NCBI GenBank assembly: GCA_049323935.1 | Contig: JBMONN010000004.1 | Coordinates: 16,486-80,485 of the forward strand | Origin: Thermodesulfobacteriota bacterium | GTDB lineage: Bacteria; Desulfobacterota; Desulfobulbia; Desulfobulbales; SURF-16 | Direction: 5' to 3' | Length of the DNA: 64,000 bases | In this document: in pieces, positions 57,395 through 64,000 of the stretch | How the letters are laid out: every line of letters starts with the position of its first letter | How positions within the stretch are numbered: position 1 is the first letter of the stretch | Translations under genes and position numbers: made by a program | Notes under the pieces: generated by a model | The model's input: only the letters and a program-made list of their open reading frames with translations | Databases searched by the model: none | What the model was told of the DNA's origin: nothing

Positions 57395-59491
57395 ATGACT
57401 GATCAACATATCGCCACCTATCGGGAAGAGGCGGCCGAGCTGCTGGCCGAGCTGGAAACCTCCCTTCTTGATCTCGAAGAGACGCCGGATAACAGTGAGC
57501 TGATCAACCGAGTCTTTCGGGCCATGCATACGATCAAGGGGTCAGGTGCCATGTTCGGCTTCGACGAAATCGCCGCCTTCACCCATGAGGTGGAGACGGT
57601 CTTTGATCAGGTCCGCAACGGCAAGCTGGCCGTGACCAAGGAGCTGCTCGACCTCACCCTCCAGTCGCGGGACCATATCTCCGCCCTGCTCGATGCCTCG
57701 TCCGGCCTCGGCGAGGTTGATCGCAAACAGGGCGATGCCATTGTCGCCGGTCTGCGGAAACTGCTGCCACAGGCCGGCGGCGTCGTCAAAAAGGAGGAGG
57801 CCGCGCGGGCGCCGGCTCCCGCTGCCGCCGGGGAAAAAACCTGGCGCATCCGTTTCCGGCCCAATCGGGAATTGCTCCTGAGCGGCAGCAATCCCCTGTC
57901 GCTTTTGAATGAGCTGCACGATCTCGGCGCCTGCCGGGTGATTGCCCAGCTCGAGGATATTCCGACCCTGGACAGCCTCAACAGCGAACACTGCTATATC
58001 TATTGGGACGTTATTTTGACAACGAGCCGTGGCGAGGAGGCGATTCGCGACGTTTTTATCTTTGTCGAGGACGACTGTGAGATCCGGATCGTGGAGATCG
58101 ACGCCGGGCCGGAAGAAGATGCCGGGGAGTACAAGAAACTCGGTGAGATCCTGGTCGAACGCGGTGATCTGCAACCGGATGCGGCCCGGCAGGTGTTGGG
58201 CAAACAGAAGCGTTTCGGGGAGCTGCTGGTGGAAGAGGGGATCGTTGCCCCGGCAAAGGTGGCCTCCGCTCTCGTCGAACAACAGCAGGTCCGGACCGTG
58301 CGGCAGGAACGGGCCGCCCTTGATGCGGTGGCCAGCATCCGGGTGCCGGCGGAAAGACTCGATCAGCTCGTCAACCTGGTCGGTGAGATGGTCACCGTGC
58401 AGGCCCATCTCACCCAGGTGGCGGCCAGCAACAATGACCCGAAATTCATCGCCATCGCCGAGGAGGTGGAGCGGCTGACCAACGAGCTGCGCGATACGAC
58501 CCTCAATATCCGGATGCTGCCCATCGGCAGCACCTTCAGCAAGTTCAAGCGGTTGGTCCGCGATCTCTCCCGCGAACTCGGCAAGGAGATCGAGCTTGAG
58601 ACCTTCGGCGCCGAGACCGAGCTTGACAAGACGGTGATCGAAAAACTGAACGATCCCCTCGTCCACATCATCAGAAACAGCATCGACCACGGCATCGAGA
58701 TGCCGGCGGCCCGGCTGGCCGGCGGCAAACCGGCGCTCGGCACGGTGACGCTCGGGGCCGAACATTCCGGCGACTCGGTGCTCATCACCATCCGCGATGA
58801 CGGCAAGGGCCTTGATCCGGCCGTCATTCGCGTCAAGGCGGAGGAAAAGGGGCTGATTGCCGCCAATGCCGAACTGACAGACAAGGAGATTTTCGCCCAG
58901 ATCTTCGCCCCCGGTTTTTCCACCGCCGCCACCGTCACCAGTGTCTCCGGCCGGGGGGTGGGCATGGATGTGGTCAAGCGCGGCATCGAGGGGCTGCGCG
59001 GCGCCATCGACATCGACAGCAGGCTGGGCGAGGGCACCACCATCACCTTGCGGATTCCGTTGACGCTGGCCATCATCGAGAGCCTCCTTGTCAAAATCGG
59101 CGACCACCACTTCGTGCTGCCGCTTGCCGCGGTGGAGGAATGCGTCGAGCTGTCCCGCGCGGATGTCGCGGCGGCACACGGCCGCAATCTTGCCCGGGTG
59201 CGCGGTAGTCTCACCCCCTATATCTGCCTGCGCGAACAGTTCGCCATCGCCGGCGAGCGGCCGGAGATCGAACAGATCGTCATCGTCGCGGTACGGGGAA
59301 CCCGCATCGGCTTTGTCGTTGATTTCGTCATCGGCGAACACCAGACCGTCATCAAGCCGCTCGGTCGTTTCTATCAGCATGTCGAGGGTATCTCCGGCGC
59401 CACCATCCTTGGTGACGGCTCGGTGGCCCTCATTCTCGATCCCGGCATCCTGGCCCGGGACGCGGCAAGCAGTGAGCTGGAGAATCTGTGA
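57395..59491 (+). CDS. cheA: Chemotaxis histidine kinase CheA
   Basis: Hpt (FRAMHTIKGSGAMFGF), dimerisation domain, N-box DPLVHIIRNSIDHGIE, G1 RDDGKGLD, G2 SGRGVGMDVVK, and a C-terminal CheW-like domain (HFVLPLAAVEE...TILGDGSVALILD). Confidence 0.9.
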   Translation: MTDQHIATYREEAAELLAELETSLLDLEETPDNSELINRVFRAMHTIKGSGAMFGFDEIAAFTHEVETVFDQVRNGKLAVTKELLDLTLQSRDHISALLDASSGLGEVDRKQGDAIVAGLRKLLPQAGGVVKKEEAARAPAPAAAGEKTWRIRFRPNRELLLSGSNPLSLLNELHDLGACRVIAQLEDIPTLDSLNSEHCYIYWDVILTTSRGEEAIRDVFIFVEDDCEIRIVEIDAGPEEDAGEYKKLGEILVERGDLQPDAARQVLGKQKRFGELLVEEGIVAPAKVASALVEQQQVRTVRQERAALDAVASIRVPAERLDQLVNLVGEMVTVQAHLTQVAASNNDPKFIAIAEEVERLTNELRDTTLNIRMLPIGSTFSKFKRLVRDLSRELGKEIELETFGAETELDKTVIEKLNDPLVHIIRNSIDHGIEMPAARLAGGKPALGTVTLGAEHSGDSVLITIRDDGKGLDPAVIRVKAEEKGLIAANAELTDKEIFAQIFAPGFSTAATVTSVSGRGVGMDVVKRGIEGLRGAIDIDSRLGEGTTITLRIPLTLAIIESLLVKIGDHHFVLPLAAVEECVELSRADVAAAHGRNLARVRGSLTPYICLREQFAIAGERPEIEQIVIVAVRGTRIGFVVDFVIGEHQTVIKPLGRFYQHVEGISGATILGDGSVALILDPGILARDAASSELENL

Positions 59492-59544
59492 AGAAAACCG
59501 TGATCCATTGCTGGCTTCAATAACACGAAAGGGGAGGGGCGAAG

Positions 59545-62500
59545 ATGTTTGCGAACATGAATCTGAGCAGGCGGCTGGGGGCAGGTTTTGCGGTGGTGGT
59601 GGCGGTCATGCTGGTGCTGATCTGGGTCGGCATCCGCGACATGCGGGTGATCGAAAATGGGCTGGAACGCATTGTCACCGTCAACATGGTGCGCATCGAA
59701 TATGCCAATCAGGTGATGGATGCCACCTCCAAAATTTTCACCGATGTCCGCAATATCATCTTGAATCAGGATCCGGAGAAACGCCGCCTGTACGGGGAGC
59801 GCATTGCCAAAAGCCGGGAGGAGTATGAAAACAGCCTGAAAAAGGTCGAGGAGATGACCAACCCGGGCGACAGCAAAGCCCTGGCGCTCATCGGTCAGAT
59901 CAGGGAGGCCATCAGAACGTTGAAGGCCATCAACACCCGGATCATCGATCTTGCCATGGCCGGCAATGACGGAGAGGCCGAAGCCCTGCGGGAAAAGGAG
60001 GGAGAACCGGCGGAGCACGTTTTGCAGGAGCAGATCGAGGAACTGATCGCCCATAACATGGCCCGTAACGAAATGCGTCATGCCGAGGCGGTGGCGACCT
60101 ACATCACCGGCCGCAACATCATGCTCGGCCTGGGGGCGGCCGCGGTGCTGATTGCCGTCGGCATCGCCTTTTTGCTCACCCGTTCGACCCTGCGTCAGCT
60201 CGGCGCCGACCCGCGCGAACTTGGCGAGGTGGCCGCGCGGGTGGCGGCCGGCGAGTTGTCCGGCGAGATCCCCCTGGCCGCCGGCGACACGACCAGCGTC
60301 ATGGCGGCGATGGAGAAGATGGTCGAGAGCATCCGCCTGGTGACCGGTGATGTCGACACCCTGGGCCGGACAACCATGGAAGGCCGCATTACCCTGCGCG
60401 CCGACGAGAGCCGTCATCAGGGCGACTACCGCAAGCTGATCCAGGGCATCAACCTGATCGCCGACCGGCTGGTCGGCCTGCTCGACGCCATGCCGGCCCC
60501 GGCCATGATCATTGACCGCGATTTCACCGTCCTCTACATGAACAAGGCCGGGGCCGAGGCCGGCGGCCGCACCCAGCAGCAGCTCCTTGGGTCCAAGTGT
60601 TTCGATCATTTCCGCACCTCGGACTGCAAGACAGACCGTTGCGCCTGCGGCCGGGCCATGGCGGCCGGCATATTTGCCACCAGTGAAACCGACGCCCATC
60701 CCGGCTCGCTCAACCTCGACATCAGCTACTTCGGCACTCCGCTTAAGGACGACAAGGGCGTCACCATCGCCGCCTTCGAGGTGGTGACCGACATGACCGC
60801 GGTGAAAAAGGCGGCCCGGCTCGCGGAAAAGCAGGCCGAGTATCAGAACGGCGAGGTGAACAGGTTGATCGCCAACCTGGAGCTGCTCGCTGTCGGCGAT
60901 TTGGATTTTACCGTCGCGGTGGCGCCAGCGGACGAGGACACCCGGGTCATTGCCGACAATTTCACCAGGATCGCGGTGGCGACCAACCGGACCGTCGACG
61001 CCATCCGTACCCTCACCGGTGACGCCGAAATGCTCGGCCGTTCGGCCATGGAGGGCCGCATCACGGTCCGGGCCGATGCGTCGCGACACCAGGGCGATTT
61101 CCGCAAGTTGATCCTGGGGGTCAATGCCGTCGCCGACCGCCTGGTCGGCCTGCTTGACGTCATGCCGGCCCCGGCCATGATCATTGACCGGGATTTCACC
61201 GTGCTCTACATGAACCGGGCCGGGGCCGAGGCCGGCGGCCGCAGCCAGCAGCAGCTCATGGGCGCCAAGTGTTACGACCACTTCCGCACCTCGGACTGCA
61301 AGACCGACAAATGCGCCTGCGGCCGGGCCATGGCCGCCAGTCAGATGGCCTCCAGCGAAACCGACGCCCATCCCGGCTCCCTTAACCTCGATATCAGCTA
61401 TTTCGGCGTGCCGATCAAGGATGACACCGGCAATGTCATCGGCGCCTTCGAGGTGGTGACCGACATGACCGCGGTGAAAAAGGCGGCCCGGGTGGCGGAA
61501 AAACAGGCGAACTTCCAGAACAGCGAGGTGAACAAGCTGCTGGTCAATCTGGAAAGGCTCTCCATCGGCGATCTGGCGGTCGACACCGCGGTGGCGGCGG
61601 CGGACGAGGACACCAGGGGAATTGCCGACAATTTTGCCAAGATCAACACGGCGATCAACCAGAACGTGGCGGCGCTGAAAGAGATCACCGACAACGCCAA
61701 GCTGGTGGCCCGCGGCAACCTGCTGGTGGAGGTGAAAAAACGCAGCGACAAGGATGATCTGATGGAGTCGCTGGCCGCCATGGTGGCCAAGCTGAAGGAG
61801 GTGGTCATGGAGGTGCAGGGCGCGGCGGACAACGTGGCGGCCGGCTCCCAGCAGCTGTCGGCCACCGCCCAGCACATGTCCCAGGGGGCGACCGAGCAGG
61901 CGGCGAGCGCCGAGGAGATTTCGTCGAGCATGGAGGAGATGGCGGCCAATATCCGCCAGAACACCGACAACGCCATGCAGACCGAGAAGATCGCGGTGAA
62001 AAGCGCCACCGACGCCCGCGAGGGCGGCAAGGCGGTCAGCGAGACGGTGGGGGCGATGAAGCAGATCGCCACCAAGATCTCGATCATCGAGGAGATCGCC
62101 CGCCAGACCAATCTTTTGGCGTTGAACGCCGCCATCGAGGCGGCCCGGGCCGGCGAACACGGCAAGGGTTTTGCGGTGGTCGCCTCCGAGGTGCGCAAGC
62201 TCGCCGAACGGAGCCAGGCGGCGGCCGGCGAGATCAGCAAGCTGTCAACGAGCAGTGTCGCCATTGCCGAGCAGGCGGGTGAGATGCTGACCAAGATGCT
62301 GCCGGACATCCAGCGCACCGCCGAGCTGGTCCAGGAGATCAGCGCGGCGAGCAGGGAGCAGGACGCCGGGGCGGAGCAGATCAACAAGGCGATCCAGCAG
62401 CTCGACCAGGTCATCCAGCAGAACGCCGGGGCCGCCGAGGAGATGGCTTCGACCACCGAGGAGCTCTCCAGTCAGGCGGAACAGCTCAAATCGACCATCG

Positions 62501-62691
62501 CCTTCTTCACCCTGGAAAGCGGCGGTCACCGCCATCAGGTCGCCGCCGCGCCGCGCCACATGGCGGCGAGGCAGCTCGCCATCGGCCACCAGGCGGCCAA
62601 GCCGGTGAAGACGGTAAAGAAGGCGCCTATCCACCTCGACATGAACGGCGGCGGTAATGACCATCTCGACGACGAGTTTGAGAAGTATTGA
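59545..62691 (+). CDS. Large methyl-accepting chemotaxis protein: 4HB sensor, HAMP, two tandem (coiled-coil + 4-Cys PAS) modules, signalling domain
   Basis: N-terminus [23 protein letters not shown]. Two 224-aa tandem repeats, each with MEGRIT.RAD.SRHQGD.RKLI and a PAS-like domain containing KC[FY][11 protein letters not shown][RK]CACGRAM. Signalling tip [41 protein letters not shown]. Confidence 0.9.
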   Translation: MFANMNLSRRLGAGFAVVVAVMLVLIWVGIRDMRVIENGLERIVTVNMVRIEYANQVMDATSKIFTDVRNIILNQDPEKRRLYGERIAKSREEYENSLKKVEEMTNPGDSKALALIGQIREAIRTLKAINTRIIDLAMAGNDGEAEALREKEGEPAEHVLQEQIEELIAHNMARNEMRHAEAVATYITGRNIMLGLGAAAVLIAVGIAFLLTRSTLRQLGADPRELGEVAARVAAGELSGEIPLAAGDTTSVMAAMEKMVESIRLVTGDVDTLGRTTMEGRITLRADESRHQGDYRKLIQGINLIADRLVGLLDAMPAPAMIIDRDFTVLYMNKAGAEAGGRTQQQLLGSKCFDHFRTSDCKTDRCACGRAMAAGIFATSETDAHPGSLNLDISYFGTPLKDDKGVTIAAFEVVTDMTAVKKAARLAEKQAEYQNGEVNRLIANLELLAVGDLDFTVAVAPADEDTRVIADNFTRIAVATNRTVDAIRTLTGDAEMLGRSAMEGRITVRADASRHQGDFRKLILGVNAVADRLVGLLDVMPAPAMIIDRDFTVLYMNRAGAEAGGRSQQQLMGAKCYDHFRTSDCKTDKCACGRAMAASQMASSETDAHPGSLNLDISYFGVPIKDDTGNVIGAFEVVTDMTAVKKAARVAEKQANFQNSEVNKLLVNLERLSIGDLAVDTAVAAADEDTRGIADNFAKINTAINQNVAALKEITDNAKLVARGNLLVEVKKRSDKDDLMESLAAMVAKLKEVVMEVQGAADNVAAGSQQLSATAQHMSQGATEQAASAEEISSSMEEMAANIRQNTDNAMQTEKIAVKSATDAREGGKAVSETVGAMKQIATKISIIEEIARQTNLLALNAAIEAARAGEHGKGFAVVASEVRKLAERSQAAAGEISKLSTSSVAIAEQAGEMLTKMLPDIQRTAELVQEISAASREQDAGAEQINKAIQQLDQVIQQNAGAAEEMASTTEELSSQAEQLKSTIAFFTLESGGHRHQVAAAPRHMAARQLAIGHQAAKPVKTVKKAPIHLDMNGGGNDHLDDEFEKY

Positions 62692-62875
62692 AAGGTGGAA
62701 TTTGGTTTTTGGGGTGATTCGGCACCGGTGTCGGTGTTGATGGGCCGTATCGCCGCCAACGGTACGACCGCACAGATGCCCCTTGCCATGAGCTCGCCGG
62801 GATCGAAACCCCGGCGAGCGACCAGGAAGTTCCCCCAATTCTCGAATAAACGCAACAGTGTAATGGGAGAAAGCT

Positions 62876-64000
62876 ATGGCTGATGGCGGAAGAAGATCGT
62901 GGACCGGGAGAGGATTAGTCTGTTTTTTGGTGATCGTGTTGTCGCTGGCTGGGACGAGTTTCTCCTGGATTCGACCTGCCACTGATTGGTGCGGTGATAC
63001 TCCTGCTCTTCAACTGCTGAAGGTTGGACCGGCTGTCGCCCTGGCCGCTGAGCAGGACGCTTCGGAGCAGAGAGCTGTTGTCGGCAAGGGCGGCGCTGCT
63101 CAGAACGGCAAGATTGATCGGCAACGTCTCAAGGCGACTGACGAGAACGGCTCGGTGCTGGTCAGTGTCCTCTGGGTCGCTCTGCCCGGTCTGCTGCTGG
63201 TGCTGATTCTTACCGGGTTGCTTTTTAAGAGTCGCACCTCCGCAACTTTCATCGATCGACTCAAGGTCGGCACCCGCGTTACCGCGTTGAGTCTGATTCT
63301 GCTTGCCATCATGATCGGGGTGGCCGGTTTCGGCATCCTGAAGATGAAGAGCATCGGCACCGAACTGGTTGCCATTGCCGAACGCGATATTCCGCTCACC
63401 GAGGCACTGGTGGAAATCAGCAACCATTCTTTGCGACTGGAGATTCATTTTCAGGCAGGTCTCGGTAAGGGAGCCGGTGGCGACCTGGACGAAGTCGGCG
63501 GCGAAATAGTTAAAGTCAGGACAATCGGCGCGGCCGTCCGGGAAGTCGTCGCCCGTGGCGAGGAATTGGCCGAGGAGGCGTTGTTTGCAGCGGCCAGCGA
63601 TGAGGAGCGCCGCGAGTTCGACCATGTCCTCGCCATCCTGAAGGAGATAGAGAAAAAACATGACACTGCCGAGACCCATGTTCTGGAAACCCTCGGCTTG
63701 CTGCAAAACGGCAGCATCAGTGAGGCGCGGGCCGCTGCCTTCAAGACCGAAAAGGAGCTGCATGAAATCGAGGAGATCGTCGAATCCCTGCTGACCGAGG
63801 TGGAAAAATTCACCAGCACCGCCGCTGCCCGGGCCGAACATGACGAGATCGTCGGAATCTGGCTGCTCAGCACCCTCACTGTTCTCGGCGCGGCCATTGC
63901 CTTTCTGCTGATTGTCCTCATTATTCAAGGCATCAATCGGGCTCTGGCCGAGGTTGGCGAGGCGGTGGAAAACATGGCGGCAGCCAGCGAGCAGCTTGCC
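62876..64000 (+). CDS. Probable methyl-accepting chemotaxis protein, N-terminal part (runs off the right edge)
   Basis: The frame is open from ATG 62876 to the window end, and is absent from the ORF track because it has no stop. Translation MADGGRRSWTGRGLVCFLVIVLSLAG...FIDRLKVGTRVTALSLILLAIMIGVAGFGILKMK..., then a ~190-aa helical ectodomain, then IWLLSTLTVLGAAIAFLLIVLII..INRALAEVGEAVENMAAASEQLA. Topology and context match an MCP. The exact start is uncertain. Confidence 0.6.
   Translation, partial: MADGGRRSWTGRGLVCFLVIVLSLAGTSFSWIRPATDWCGDTPALQLLKVGPAVALAAEQDASEQRAVVGKGGAAQNGKIDRQRLKATDENGSVLVSVLWVALPGLLLVLILTGLLFKSRTSATFIDRLKVGTRVTALSLILLAIMIGVAGFGILKMKSIGTELVAIAERDIPLTEALVEISNHSLRLEIHFQAGLGKGAGGDLDEVGGEIVKVRTIGAAVREVVARGEELAEEALFAAASDEERREFDHVLAILKEIEKKHDTAETHVLETLGLLQNGSISEARAAAFKTEKELHEIEEIVESLLTEVEKFTSTAAARAEHDEIVGIWLLSTLTVLGAAIAFLLIVLIIQGINRALAEVGEAVENMAAASEQLA

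Noticed and set aside
62915-63928. 337-aa minus-strand ORF near the right edge
   Set aside because: The plus strand carries an open frame to the window end with MCP-like topology (TM, helical ectodomain, TM, start of the signalling region), in a chemotaxis context. The minus ORF is Gln/Gly/Asp-rich with no motif.

Overview
GC-rich window (about 60% by eye). The gene content fits an anaerobic Desulfobacterota or deltaproteobacterium-type chromosome, but that is inference only. All calls come from reading motifs in the translated ORFs and the raw DNA; no database search was run.

Gene order, left to right:
(1) nrfH-nrfA (respiratory nitrite ammonification), minus strand, with nrfA running off the left edge.
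(2) A MoxR / DUF58 / DUF4381 / BatA / BatB / BatD aerotolerance-type operon, followed by a TVP38-family membrane protein.
(3) A histidine kinase, a sigma54-dependent NtrC-type response regulator and a PrsT-like TPR lipoprotein (PEP-CTERM/exosortase-type regulators).
(4) A tandemly duplicated ~4.6-kb module. Each unit carries a conserved palindrome, a sigma54-like promoter, a small PEP-CTERM protein (decayed in unit 2), a very large secreted PKD / alpha-alpha-toroid-like / FN3-like protein, and a single-pass STN-like + PDZ protein.
(5) An ebo-like metabolite cluster: idi, an inositol-1-phosphate-synthase-family cyclase, two xylose-isomerase-like TIM barrels, a TatD-like hydrolase, a UbiA prenyltransferase and an alkaline-phosphatase-family enzyme. 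Two secreted proteins are embedded in it.
(6) A six-subunit Ech-type group-4 [NiFe] hydrogenase operon, interrupted by corA.
(7) On the minus strand, two signal-peptide ankyrin-repeat proteins and two large paralogous secreted proteins. The paralogs carry 5 and 15 copies of a Cys/Asp-rich C-x-D-G-x-D-N-D-G-D-G-x-x-D-C-x-D-x-x-C repeat, and each sits behind a near-consensus sigma54 promoter.
(8) An NMT1-like binding protein plus a hybrid PAS histidine kinase, an MCP, and a PhnD-like binding protein.
(9) A chemotaxis cluster: an atypical soluble MCP-like protein, STAS, CheY, CheA, a 1048-aa MCP with an internally duplicated 4-Cys PAS module, and a further partial MCP.

A ~130-bp MITE/REP-like palindromic element occurs three times. 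No rRNA, tRNA or CRISPR array was seen.

Best candidates for something undescribed: the duplicated PEP-CTERM / giant exoprotein / STN-PDZ module, the sigma54-driven Cys/Asp-repeat paralog pair, and the variant ebo-like cluster.
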